NCBI RefSeq assembly: GCF_006345805.1 | Contig: NW_021836146.1 | Location: forward strand, 62,001 to 126,000 | Length of the DNA stretch: 64,000 nt | Reading direction: 5' to 3' | DNA from: Octopus sinensis | Taxonomy: Eukaryota | In this document: positions 26,570-40,237 of the stretch, piece by piece | How positions within the stretch are numbered: position 1 is the first letter of the stretch | Layout: every line of letters starts with the position of its first letter | Made by a program: the position numbers and the translations under genes | Notes under the pieces: generated by a model | Database searches by the model: none | Told to the model about the DNA's origin: nothing | What the model saw: only the letters and a program-made list of their open reading frames with translations

Positions 26570-26960
26570 AGAAATCTCTGGGATGAAAGGAGAGAGAGAG
26601 AGAAACAGAGAGAGAGAGAGAGAGAGAGAGATTTTGAAAGGAAGGAAGAAAAAGAAAGCAAGGAGGAAAAGAAGGAAACAGTAAATCCAGATAAAAAAAA
26701 CATAAAAAAGAAAGGAAGAGTGCAGGATATGCAGAGAAGATAGAGAGGAAATGAAAAAGGAAAGTAAAAGATGAAAATATAGAAATGTGCAGTGATAGGA
26801 TGACAAGAGACAGAAAGAATGAAAAGGTGATAGAGGGAAAATGAATGAGAGAAAGGCAAAGAAAAATGAATGACAGGAAGAGAAATGAAAGAGAAAGGTA
26901 ATAAAAAGCAGAGAGAGAGATAGAGAGAGTGGGAGAGACAATGAGAGATTGAAGGATCAA
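26570..26960. repeat. (GA)n and GA-rich low-complexity tract
   Basis: Direct; explains four overlapping S/L/F ORFs. Confidence 0.85.
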
Positions 26961-27798
26961 TACATATGAGAAGTTCTGAAGTTTCTCCTTGATTTTCCAA
27001 CCATATTGATGCTTACTAATTAGAAACATTTCTAAAGAATGGTATGAATATATTGACTTGAACTAATGTAGTTAATTATCCATAATCTTTAGTTATCAAC
27101 ACCAAGCTTATATTTCAAGGAAACCATGTGTTGAAGAATTAGGCAGTTATCAATTTTCTGTCATGTATGTTGTAAAATTATTGATTTTTCTTCTTTTTTT
27201 TTTTATTCCTCTACATTCAACAAAAGGATCTTTGCTGATGGAAATGTTCAATGAGCTGCAACAGTCATTATGGTTAAGGCAAATGAACTAGCGCAAGCAG
27301 CGAGATATAATAATTCTTCGAAAGCTACTAAATGAAATAAAGTTTCAGAATTGTAGATTAATTCCAGTGACCACCGTTCTATATTCTAGCTGAAATCCAT
27401 AAAAATAGCGGTGTAAATTATAAAGTGCATCTTATAGAAAGCTGTGAATTTGTCACAAATGGCATAGTGAGAGAATAATTAATCTTAAATCAAGAATTCA
27501 AACACAGCTACATGAATCATGCAGTAATTAGGTAAGGCTCATTTACATTAGATACTTATTCTATCAAGCTGAAAACTATGGCATCACTTCCCACATTACA
27601 GTTGAGTGATTTAATTGTAAGGCAGCCAAAGTGAAAGTCATTTAATTCTCAAAGCCATGCAGATATATGGAATTCTATTCTATTTTCACAAAAAAAAAAG
27701 GCCCTAATAACCATTCAAGTAACACTATAGATCTGTGAAAGCTTCCATACAGATAGCTATTGAGACAGCAAGCTGAAAATTTATTAGGAAGAGATATA

Positions 27799-28187
27799 TC
27801 TTTATATATAAAAGTAAGGTTGTGTGTCTGTCTCCTACGATTTAGATTCCTAACTACTCCCACATTTTGCGGTGCAGTTTAACCAAAACCGGGTATCTTA
27901 TAGTCGTGATTCATATCGAGCCCTTCTGGGTATTAGCGCGTGTCTACAATGAGTCTACGATTTAAAAAAAAATTTACCATCATTTTTTCCATTTTTTTCG
28001 CTATTATATAAGGGAAGTAACTCTCTAAAAATGTCTACGATGAGTTAAACGATTTAAAAAAAAATTTACCATCATTTTTTTTCCATTTTTAATGCATTCT
28101 TTTGCTATTTTTTTGCTATAACTCTCTAAAAATGCTTATATAGTTATTTCCCTTACAAACCCAAGCAACGCCGGGCGATACTGCTAG
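27799..28187 (+). mobile_element. Non-autonomous Helitron (389 bp)
   Basis: A|TC 5' end, 3' hairpin CCCAAGCAACGCCGGG followed by CTAG|T, no TSD, and an internal duplication (CGATTTAAAAAAAAATTTACCATCATTTTTT twice). Confidence 0.85.
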
Positions 28188-28399
28188 TCACAAATAAAAT
28201 ACTTTAAAACCTTATTTCTAAAAAGTGTTTATAAGTTCAATTCCTAAATGGAGCACCAGATTGTTACATTGTAATAGTTCCTCATGACCAGACATGATTT
28301 TGCAGAACACTGGAAATGAATGGAGCTGCTTCTATGTCAGTGAAACTCACATACAAATATCATCCAATGTCAAGACAAGGGGATCTAAACACACACACC

Positions 28400-28432
<33 letters not shown>

Positions 28433-28499
28433 TATTGGTAAAAACGGTAAGATAACAAAAGAAAGAAAGAGACCTCAATATTATGTAAATAGAGGAATT

Positions 28500-28824
28500 T
28501 ATCTGTAAAATAATGTGACAATTATTCAGTAGCCAAGAGTTTTGTCTTGGCTACTGAATAATTGTCACATATTATTTTACAGATACATTTTATAATTATA
28601 TACATAATTATAACAAGGGCTTGGCTTGCGCCTCACCACACACTGATAAATAGACATCAAAAGACACTATTGCCACCATAAATTCTCCGAGAAAAACACA
28701 CTGTGAGTGGTTATTAGTGTATTTTTCTCAGAGAATTTATGGGGGCAATAGTGTCTTTTGACATCTATTTTTCAGTGCATGGTGAGGTGCAAGCCTTGTT
28801 ATGATTACGTATATAATTATAAAA
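28500..28824. repeat. Two adjacent palindromes inside a TA-flanked element
   Basis: Hairpin 1 at 28500-28585 (arms about 40 bp, loop GTTTTG); hairpin 2 at 28588-28824 (arms about 110 bp). Confidence 0.9.
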
Positions 28825-29599
28825 TATTTATATCAATTTACCTATGGGGTTTTATTTTTGCACTGACCACTTGGTAAAACTCATTTATGATTTTACCCTT
28901 TATTATATATATATATATATATATGATGATCTTTTAGTTTCCATCAATGAAATCCACTTACAAGACTCCAGTTAGACCTGGGTGCCACACAGTGGAACTG
29001 AACCCAAATCCATGTGCTTGGGAAGCGAACTTTTCAATGACACAATGTTGTTCATGTTACTGAGAAGTAAAAAGCAGAATTAGAAGTGTATCTGACAAAA
29101 TGCTTTGAGTATAGTTATGTCTCTTCTCATTTGCTTTGTAATTCCATCAGGTTGAACTTAATATTTTCTAAAATAAATGATGTCTGTTCTATATTAGAAG
29201 TTGGCTCAAGTGATTATAAATGAGTTAATATAAAGAAAATAAATAAATAAAATTTGGTTTATATAAGGTTCAATTTAGTTATTCTCTCTGCCAAAATATT
29301 AAACTTTATAATGAAAGAAACTTCTTAGGCAAAATGTTTAACGTCTAAGAAAACTCAACCTTCAAAAGTCAGCTGCACTGAACATTATTCTTCTTAGAAT
29401 ATAAATAATCTTATACTTGTTATAATGCATTAGAATACCTAGAGCTTTATTTTCACACAAACTATCTGATTCTCAAGGTAAAAAAAAACATACATATGAA
29501 AGCACATTTCTCGCCATATATAGAAAGATGTCTCTGACCACTATAACACCAAGTGCTTTAATGAAACCCTTTCTCAAGAATACTCCAATATCAAATAAT

Positions 29600-30260
29600 G
29601 GCAATTTAATTATCACAACTGGCTATTTAGTTTGCCATGCTGGAGAACATCATGAGGGAGTGCTGTCGTCACAAACCATTTATCTAAGTGACCACTAGGG
29701 CACAGAATATGGAACCCTGCCAAAAACTGAGGTAGAGCAGCTTATTTCTAGCTTAGTGCTTTTCCTACATTTGGCTCACAAGGAAAATAGCACCAGTACT
29801 ACTCTCCTGACATAAAGCCAAACACTATCACATCTTAGCTAACTTTGTTCCCAATCAATTGAGTTATAGCTCTTTCTGCAATTTTTATAAATTTGACCAG
29901 CAATTTGGTACCACTGTTATTTCCCCTCTCTAGCTCACTTTTTTAGCCCTTGTAGTAAAGTCACAGTAATGCAGCTATACCCATCATATTAGGATTGACA
30001 TGTTCCTGATTGGTAATACAAATGACTAGCCCACATCCTTCTCTGCCATCTCTGTGGTAATTCTCAACAGACTAGGCACTTTCTCAACCTTCATATCCTT
30101 AATTGTCCTGTCTGTCATACTACTGTTGACTTGAATGGCAGGTCCCTCTGTTTAATATACTTGGAAGAGATTCCAACTCTTCCCCCGTGAATTCTCTACA
30201 TTCAAGAGCTTCTAATAGTACCACATCCGTATCACTTTCTTTTCTGCACCAGTAAGAGAA
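29600..30260 (-). mobile_element. Highly decayed LINE (RTE-like) fragment
   Basis: Elevated GC and weak peptide resemblance in ORF 30120..30362 (LLEALECREF..). Confidence 0.3.
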
Positions 30261-30539
30261 TGTGTACAATTGCCATTCTATAAATATTCTTCTCTCAAAC
30301 CCATTGCCTAGCAATCCAAAACACCTCATGCTTCTGATCTTGACATTACAAAACATGTACAAAACTATCTATACATGTGCATGTATGTATGTGTCAGCAT
30401 ATGTACATGTCTGTGCATGTGTAGTCTGTGTGTTTGTGTATGTGCGTACATGTGTACTCACAAACAAGTAACCACTAACATTTTCCAAGTAGTTAATCAC
30501 TGTTGTAGATATAAATTTTTGCAACACTCACACCATCTC

Positions 30540-30660
30540 ATATATATATATATATATATACATATATACATATATATGTATATATATACATATATATATA
30601 GATATATACATATATACATATATATATACATATATACATACATATATATATATATGTATG

Positions 30661-30703
<43 letters not shown>

Positions 30704-30722
30704 CACACACACATACATATAT
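30540..30722. repeat. (TA)n/(TACA)n microsatellite
   Basis: Direct. Confidence 0.95.
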
Positions 30723-31309
30723 GCATATTTTATTCCATGTACACATATGCGATAGCTACAATTCATATGTCCAAAGACGCACATTCAGAATAAATACGCT
30801 AAAGAAAAAACATCAACATTGAAGAAAAACACACTCAATTCAAATCTTTTGTTAGTCTGGGGTAATTGACATTCTTTGTGATTAACTTACCAATCTGGTG
30901 ACTGACATGAATATGGTATCAATTGACATTGGCATTTCCAAAGATTTGCACACTTACTTGCCAGTGCTGTTGCAGCTAATCAAAGCAATAAACCTAATTC
31001 TAAAGCAAGTTTTTGGCATCACTACACTTGGTATTCATTTCTTGTCCAGTTAATGGCTTGATGGGACAGCACTGAGAGAAAATTAGGAGGCATCTTACAT
31101 TCAAAGCCATACCCCATGAGTCCACTCAACATGTCTTCAAGTTTAATAAAGAAAGATGTGTCAGAGCTGATTAGAACAGCAGCAGTGAAAACAGTTCAAT
31201 AGGAAAGATGAAGAACAGCAAAACATAAAACGGCAACATCTTCTACAAAAAAGTCAACAGCAACATGTATGTGTGTGTTTGTGTGTCTGTGTGTGTGTGT
31301 GAGCGCATG

Positions 31310-31505
31310 AGAGGAGAAAGAGAGAGTGAGAGAGACGAGAGGAAAGAGAGAGGAGAAAAGGAGAGAGAGGAGACAAGTGAGAGATGAGAGGAGACAAGTG
31401 AGAGACGAGAGGAGAAAGAGAGGAGAGAAGCAGAGAGAGGAGAGAAAAGGAGAGACACAGGGGAGAGAGGAGAGAAAGGGAGAGACACAGAGGAGAGAAA
31501 AGAGT
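31310..31505. repeat. GA-rich minisatellite (GAGAGGAGAAA-type units)
   Basis: Direct, including GAGAGGAGACAAGTGAGAGA twice. Confidence 0.85.
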
Positions 31506-33430
31506 TATTAGATTACAAAATAAGTGTTTAGGAACAGTGGCAGAAAAGATAGTGTTTAAGTATAAGTGAAATGTAATGGAAAAAGTAAAAGAAGAATTTG
31601 GAAAATGCTTTAAAAAGAAAAGAAAGGAGAAAAAGAAAAGAACATTCCTTTGAAGAATGAAGAAGGTCAATCAAAAAAGCAAGGGGGAAAAATGACTGAA
31701 GAAATACTGGTAGAGAAATACTGGTATAGGAATTGTGATGTAGTTTATTTTAAGGAGACAGTGAGGAGAGGCAGAAGAGATAGAAGTAAAAGTAGAGAGT
31801 AAAAAAAAAAGAGCAATAAACTAACTGAACGACAAATTACAAGTCTGTATAAATCAATCAAAATTAGAGGAAGGTAGAGAGTTAATAAGAGAATTTATAT
31901 GAGAAATTATATGACAGCGGGGCCATACAATTATGTATGTGTGTGTGAGAGAGAGAGGTGAATAGATAAAATTGTTAGTTTGAAATTTTTTGAAAGGTAA
32001 ACAGTAATAAAAATCGTCATCATTGTCATCTCTATCATTTTGCATCTCTTTTACCAGGCTGCAACAGACAGATTCTTATAGTCAAACTCATATTAAGATA
32101 TGTAGAGCACCTGAGATAACCAATGTCTTACAATGAAGATAGTGTGCATTTTACCATAGCACCAGTACTATATCAAGAAATCTAAAGGGTCACAAAATAC
32201 TTGTCTCTTAGACAAGTAGCATGCAATGCTTCTTGTGGGATCCATGCCTCACATTTACATTGTAGTATATTTTCTACAGATGAATGTCCTTCCTACATAC
32301 TTCTAGTCACATTCCAGACTGTACTAGATGCACATATCCATGCCACTAGCACTTGGGGCTTGCCATATGATAGGACTAAAGAGTCCCTACCATCACATAT
32401 TAGTTATTTGGACAGTACTATCCTTCTGGAAATTTAGTGTGTTATGACTAGCAATGTTTGTGTTTTTCTCTATTCCTGGGAAGCACAGAGAGTGTGGCCA
32501 AGATAAAACTAGTGTAAGAATGGAGAAGAATTTTATTTCTTCCTATGATTTATATTTCTCTTTAATCCTTAGCTTTCTGTCAGATGTAATGTTTATTTGT
32601 TCACATTGTTTTGAATCAATCATGGATCATTTTCCAGCTTCAAGATTTCAATGATATGATTGTATATTTTTAAAATGACATTGAAGGGTAGATGTGAGAG
32701 GCCAGATCTGGCTTGTTTGAACATAAAACAAGTAGAACACTTTGGTCAGATATGGCCTGTTTAAACGATGAAGGGTTAATCAATTTCTCTGTACTATTAT
32801 TTCAATATCAATGAAGACAATGAGCTAATGGAATTCTTAGAACATCTGGAAAAATGCTTTCCAGTATTTCTTCTGGCTCTTTACATATCACTTTCAAATT
32901 CCAGTGAAGTCAGCTTTACCTTTCCCCATTTTAGAAGTCAATAAAATGAAATACCAATCAAAAACTGGGGGTCGATACATCAAATAATTGCCTCCCATCA
33001 AAATGACTGGCCTTGTGCCTATGTTGGAAACCATAATTTCAATATCATTGACATGATCACATGACATGGCTATGTCAATTCCTTGGTTGATACATCTATT
33101 TTCTCTATTAGCTGTATATTCAAACTATATAACAGTTGATAGAGCCTAATGATAGGCATTACCTTCCTGGAAAGAGAAACGCTAGATTACCATATCTTCT
33201 TCACTTTATTTCTAATATTATTACTGCTGCTGTATTTATTACTTTCTAAATTACAAATTATCATTATTATTATTATTCATCCATGCTTACCTTTCAAGTT
33301 CTAATTCCACTAGGTTCCACTCTGCTTTTCATCCTTTCAGGATTGATTAAGTACCAGTTGAGCACTGGAGTCAATGTAATTGACTTAGTCCCTCCACCTA
33401 AATTGTTGGCCTTATGCTAAAATTTGAAGT

Positions 33431-33970
33431 CATTATCATTATTATTGAGTGAGAGAGTAGTGCATGCCCTCAAAGTGACACTGAGGTAAAATATACGAAG
33501 CTCAGTATAACCATCATGACTACCCGTCTGATAAGGGTACACTAGGCACATGCATCACAACAATATGTGCGTGACATGGTGATCTCATATCAAGATAAAC
33601 AGCACATGACCTTGCAGGTGGGGGCCCAGTTAGAATTTTCTTCTGGTCGAGTAACCCATCCCGCTCAAAAGGTCCCTAAATAAGGGTTGTTTAAGGATGT
33701 TGAACGAAACACCCATGTTTCTAGAGGTGAATTATTCAAACCCCAAAGAATCCCTCTCAACACATCGCTATGATGCTCCCCCACTATTTCTGCTCGTGAT
33801 CAGAGATGCACATATTGTCAGCCACTAAGGGACATGCTCAACTGGTTAAGGTCAAACAACTGACAAGCAAATCTGTGGTACTGAGCAGAATATTTGCTGT
33901 AGCCCATCTTTTATAATAAGACAAAACAATGTACGTTATAATTATTATTATTATTATTATTATTATTATT
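33431..33970 (-). mobile_element. Retroposon (SINE or LINE 3' UTR) with (AAT)n tail
   Basis: About 500 bp of GC-richer sequence bounded by ATT repeats; recalled as an abundant octopus repeat. Family not assigned. Confidence 0.55.
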
Positions 33971-34852
33971 TGGTTTGACTCAGATTCGCTCTAATTCCTG
34001 ATAGGATTTATGTGGGTCACAACCTGTAACATGTATCCACAAGTTTTCAGTAGTCTCCTGATATCTTTATTATTATCATTATTTCTATCATTACTATTAT
34101 TATGCTGAAGTGTAGAGCTTGCAGAACTGTTAGCATGCCAGACAAAATGGTTAATGGCATGTCTCTATGTTCTGAGTTCAAATTCCACCAATATTAAACT
34201 TTACCTTTTTGTCTTCTTAGGGTTGATAAAATAAGTACCAATGAGTACTTGGGTCAATGTATTTGATTTAAATCCCTTTGAAGTTATTAGCCTTATGCTA
34301 AATTTAGAAAGAGCTACTACTACTACCACCACCACCACCACCACCAGGGAGGTGGATTAACAGAATCACTAAGCATCAGAAAAGACTTTTTGCAGCATTT
34401 CTTCCAGCATTTTACGTTCTGAGTTCAAATCCCACCAAAATCAGCTTTACCATTTGTTCTGCTGGCATCAATAAAAATAAAATACCAGTCAAATACAGAT
34501 CTGCTGCATTAGTTCGACTTTACCATGGTGACAAAGTCAAATAGACTGAGACATAAATCCATACTTGTCTCTTACTTGCAAACAAAAATCAAATTGCTCC
34601 TTCCTTAACCATGTACATTACCTTGAGAAATCTATTCTACATTTCTAGGAATTTCCCTTCTCTCAGAGTTGCTGAGATCAGCCATTGAGTTTTTTCTTTT
34701 TCCATTAACAACTCAGGAATTTTTATAAATTGGGGGAATTTATTTTACACAACATTCAATACGTTACTCCCTATTTCATATAAAAGACATTAGTGTTTCT
34801 ACCAAGGTGAGGTACCAAACAGAAGCCCTTGTTTTCTTCTGTTTTTGTTGTA

Positions 34853-35073
34853 CAGTAATCCCTCAATCAGCATGGGCGCTACGTTCCAAAACCTCTGTGA
34901 TAGGTGAAAATCCACAAAGTAGAACCAGTATTGTACTGTGTTTTTTTTTTATTATTTTCATCATTTGTATACATTTATTTTATAATAAATGCAAAACAAC
35001 ACCATGGAGGAATCAACGTAAGCTTAAATAATAAACCATGAGAGGTGAACCACAATATGGCGAGGGATTACTG
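34853..35073. mobile_element. Tigger/pogo-type MITE (221 bp)
   Basis: TA|CAGTAATCCCTC ... GAGGGATTACTG|TA: perfect 12 bp TIR and TA TSD. Confidence 0.88.
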
Positions 35074-37513
35074 TACACTTTTGTGTCATGAACTGTAGAA
35101 GGGACTTATGCACAATAATGTTCAGGAATAAATAATCTATTTTCATTAGATAAGCTCATTTTTTTACTGTCATTTCAGAATGTAATCTTAAGTTTAGTCT
35201 TTTCTCACAAAGCAATTCTTTAAGTGAATGAAAAGGGCACATGTGTTAAAATGATTTTTTGATGTCATTACTGTCTGAGCAGCATCAAAAAATTTTCATT
35301 TTTCCTATTTCAAAATATAATGCATTTGTAAAAATACACAATGTCAAACAGATTTGAGTCACACTAAAATAATCAAAATGATCAATGATTTAATAAGTAA
35401 GCAAAAGATTTTGAAATCATGTACAGATAACATGTGGGCCCACCTGACAATCAACAGAAAAGCTTACCTAGAAATATTAAGAATCAAAAGATACACATCA
35501 ATAACAATGAATGCTGAGAGATATGAGAACGAATGTTTCTTGAAAGAAAACGTTTTCAGTTTTTATGTCTTGAATTTTTCGATTAAGAACATGTATATGT
35601 GTGTGTGTGTATACAGTTGCAAGTTTTTGTAATGTAGAACCACTGCACATATGCCAAGAGGCTGATAGCAGAGATTTTCTTTGTTCCTCTTGAAGAAATG
35701 ATACCTTGTAATTATCAATTCCAGTACCTGGATTTAATGGAAATGGAAACAATAAAAGTCCATGTCTACAACATAATTTAGGATATAAATCTTTTTAGCG
35801 TAGTATTATGGGATGTAAATGTTGATATTGATTCAAGCTTTGATATAGATGTGAATGAATTATTTTGCGATTTTATTTTATTTTATTTATGTTGTTATTT
35901 GGTTTCTGGTTGATTTTTATTCTTTGCAAGTCGCCTAGAAAAAGATGAAACAATGACAGAGAACATTTCAAAAGGATTGAGAAACTAGTTTGGATATGTT
36001 AATTATAACTGAACTACTGTAAAGGAATGTGTATGCAGCTACTACAAAATAAATTAGGTTAAATTATTACCTGGCAATACACATATACAATAAATGTGAG
36101 CAAGACACATTCAACAACCGTTATTAGGATATACTATTGTGGAAATATCGATAAACAAGTTATTTCCAACAAGTAGTAGTTGGAAATGCAACAGCAAAAT
36201 GGTTGAAATTAAGATTTAGGCATTCAGTTTCTTTTATTTATTTTACTTTTTTGGAAACTTGAAAGCAGAAATTGCAGACACACTTTGCATGTGTATTGAA
36301 ATCATTATTTATGCATCTGTGTGTGCAAATATACACATTGTATTCATAGATAAATATACATGTAACTTATAAGCATAAGCATATACAAATGTGTGCATGA
36401 ATATATTTATCCTTTATGGTTTACTTCTAACACACTGCAATTTCAATTCTTTGTCACTGTGCAGATACACATTGGTTCAAAAATTCTTTAGACCTCTAAT
36501 ATCAATTGTGCTGAATTACTTGCTATCCTTGAAACACTAAAACACATATCACCACAACTTTCATGCTTTTCTGATGACACTGATATGACTAGTAAAAGTA
36601 TATCAAGTAGATATTTTTAAAGCCATATTGTAAACTACAATGGCCAGCTCCTGTCAAACCATCCAACCCATGCCAGCCTGGACGGAGAACATTAAACAAT
36701 GATGATAATGATGATGATAAATGAACTAATGAAATTGCTATTCCAACAGAAATTAAATAGGTCATCACTATCACTTGAGCAAAGCACCAATGAAATTTGA
36801 ATTAAATCAGACAAAACATGAAGAAGAAATAAAGAACAGCAACCCACATTCATTCAGTAACATTCAATAAATCATTTATTCTTTCCAAACAGACTGTATC
36901 TGTAGAAGCCTTACTATGTGTGAGAGAGCATTGGTTATAAATGTGGAAAATTGAGTTTGGATGGGCAATTGTAAATGTAAGAATGCCTAAAAGTATAGTA
37001 CATGTGTGTGCATCTGCTGTGTTTACACACGCACACACACCTGTGTAGGAATATCTGTGCATACGTGACCTATTTGCCTCTTCAGCTTCAATTAATAAAG
37101 TTTTCATGACTGACCAGACACCCAGCAACACTGAACACATTGTTTACCATGAACTGTGAAAAGCAGCATAAAACACTGCAGTTTATTTATGTGTTTTTTG
37201 GTTTTTCTTAACTGTGAATGCTTAAACAAAATAAAGTATTAGAATCAGCTGCTTTGTAAAACCCTTAAAGTATTAAGGAATATCAATATGTGTTGGCAGC
37301 ATAAGGGATTTATAGTGTTAAGTGTATACAAGTTGCATTTAGAACATACAAATATATATATATATGATTCCACAGAAGTAGCTAAATAAATGCATATGTA
37401 TGCTTTTAAAAATGCACATTCTTACAAAATTTTCAGTTAAAGATTTAAGAGAGAAAATAATTCAATGTTTATTTCTTGTTCTGCTTATAGAGGTTAGAGC
37501 AAAAAAAAAAAAA

Positions 37514-37514
<1 letters not shown>

Positions 37515-37550
<36 letters not shown>

Positions 37551-37560
37551 GTAATAATAA
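37515..37560. repeat. (AAT)n microsatellite
   Basis: Direct. Confidence 0.95.
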
Positions 37561-38101
37561 TGTGAATACAGAATTCAAATTATACAACTCCAACATTGCC
37601 CCCACCCCAAAAACAGGTTTTAGAAAATAGTTTCGTTCTGAAGAGATTTATATAATTTAATGAAAATGAATGGTGGAATGCTGAATCAGCAAAATTGAGT
37701 TCAATTCACATGAGAATGCAAGCTGCAAGTGACAGATGAATTTTACTTTATTTTTGAAAATAAAATTTGAATAATACCCATAGTAATCAATGTAAACTTG
37801 AATGCTAAGCAGAAATGAAATGAGTAATGGTAACAGAAATAACAAATTAAATTGTTAAGTAAAAAACATATTCATTAAGCAAGAAGCATGTCAGAAAATT
37901 GGACAAAGAACTGGTTAAATGTACAGTGAGAGCAGGTAAGTAATATGTATGACTATCAGAATAGGTGTAAGTTAAAATGAATAATAATATGTGGAGGTTC
38001 AGAAGAATCAGTCATGTGATATATAGTTGTGTACCTTTATGCACTGGGTTCAAAAGTCAGCAATGTGGACATTGCTTTTTGTTCTCTGGGGGTCAATAAA
38101 A

Positions 38102-38743
38102 TCTGTATATCTATAAAAGGCTGGATATGTGTGTGTAGGTGAATGTAATTTATGCACATCCACAAATTAGGACGCATGTCACTCCAATTTTAGGAGAACA
38201 TTCATCACGATCCTAGCTGTATTTTCGTCAAATTATTTTTCCCAAGGCACCCATGGATAGCGGTAAAACTCGATTTTCAGCCATAACTTTTACCAATTTT
38301 GAAGTTTGCTAATATGAGTTAAGTCCCTTCTTGCCATAGCAAAGTAAAAATGTGCATATGTGAGGGAGAAAGAAAGAAGTTGTGTGTTGATGTATGTGTG
38401 TGAGGGAGAGAGAGAAGTTGTGTGTTGATGTATGTGTGTGTGTGAGGGAGAGAAAGAGTTTGACAGCATCTAACAAAAAAAAGGTAAAGACAAAGTGTGT
38501 GTGAGGGAGAGAGAGTTCTCAAAAGAAAAAAAAAATAATGATGAGTGGAAATAATTGATAAACCATTTCCTTATGGGATTTCCCAATCGAATTGCCTGCA
38601 ACCCATTTTCAGCCAAAGGTTTACCAATTTCAATGGATTTCGCTCAAATTTGATGTCAGTGTCACTTATTTTGGTTTGAAATAAAGCGCTTGATCACTTA
38701 ATAATCCTAACTTAACCCGGGCAACACCGGGCTATACTGCTAG
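38102..38743 (+). mobile_element. Non-autonomous Helitron (642 bp) nested in a SINE
   Basis: A|TCTGTATATCTATAAAAG ... CCCGGGCAACACCGGG CTATACTG CTAG|T. The flanks GGGGGTCAATAAAA / TAAATACTAATTGAAC rejoin the SINE motif seen intact at 34220-34250. Confidence 0.85.
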
Positions 38744-40237
38744 TAAATACTAATTGAACAATGGAATTTAGTTTATTTGTGGCACTCATCCACCAAATTG
38801 GAAGTCTTATATCTATGTAATAAATCAATGTTTGATGTGAATGGATGGAGAAAGATTGAGAGATGAAAGGAAGAGCAGAATTGAAGAAGGTAGCCCAAGT
38901 AAATATGTACCTAAAGAGATTGTAAACAATATTCACTTAAAAATTAGACAAATAAAATATGCCTAGATGGATAATTATTTACAGTAAACACCACTACTGT
39001 ACATTGTTTTCATGACCTGCATGAACATATTTGCCACCTTACTCTTCTGATTTCATAAATTTTACAAAATACACTAAATTTTTCTAGTTAATCTTTCAAG
39101 CAATTAACAACAAACAATTATTCACTAAAAGTCAGAATATCTTATCTCTACCAGCTTAGCACCTTTCCATATAATCTTTCATTATCAACCTATCTTGGCA
39201 GAAAAACACATACCAAATTAAAATACAAACTTACAAGTTGGCAAGAGCATTTCCTCTCTTTCTCTCTCATAAATTTACTTTCAATTCTGAACTGTGTAAT
39301 ATTAATCTGAAACTCTCTTAGAAAAATACTTTTGATAGTTTATTTGAGGATTTGCTTCCTTTCCTTCATTTCAATGGCTTTTAATTGCAATTAACATGAA
39401 TTCTGATTAACTATAATATTAAATTAGGGTAAATACTAGCGAAATAACACAAGATATAGTAAATATTCTATCCAATGCTTCATAAAAACATTAATGTTCA
39501 TCACAAATAATTATATTGGTTGATGTAAAAGACAAAGTTATTTTACTTAATAATTAATATAATTCTATTTGTTCATATATATTTACATTTTTATATGTTG
39601 AACTTATAATTAGATACATAATAACTACTTAATTGTTACACTAAAAACAATACAGCACTGATAGATTGTCGGTGGGAATTGATTAGGTAATATAAATGAA
39701 ATTAATAATGGTACCAGAATATCCACAGTAATATTCGATCTTGTTTCTATTCCTCTAGAGTAATATCAATTGAGAATTTCTCTTAATTAAAAGGTACCTT
39801 AAGAAGAGGAAATTAGAATCAATGTAAAGCAAGTCAGGAAATAGTATATTTTGAATTAATTATGTGTTGTCTATATATATATCATAACTTCCATTGTTTT
39901 CCTTTGTTGTTTCATGTATTTAGAGAAATCTCCTATATAAAGAAGAAAACAAAAAAAACATTCTCATGCAAAGTGAAAGAATGGAAACAAGTATTTTGGA
40001 AATGAAGTATCAAAAATCACCTTATTATGAACCCTGCCTAGCTATGTCTCATTTCTTGTTATATAAAGAATTTTGAGTTTATATTGTATATGTGCATGTG
40101 TGTGTGTCACATTAACATTATTTATGCCTCTTTCCATAATAGAGGTATGCATTAGACAGGACGTTATTGCCATCCTTCATGGATCAGATAACCACATCTG
40201 ACTCAAATACTTCATTTTAACTTGGTTTCTACAGCTG

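Noticed and set aside
26506-27029. ORFs of 125-164 aa that look like membrane proteins
   Set aside because: They are the antisense of a GA-rich tract, so the F/L/S richness is compositional.
35600-35720. YQPLGICAVV, resembling the aldehyde dehydrogenase EPLGV motif
   Set aside because: The following I.PWN motif is absent, and several frames are open here by chance.
36678-36690. TGGACGGAGAAC, matching the first 12 nt of miR-184
   Set aside because: It lies in a retroposon tail, the match stops at 12 nt, and there is no precursor hairpin.
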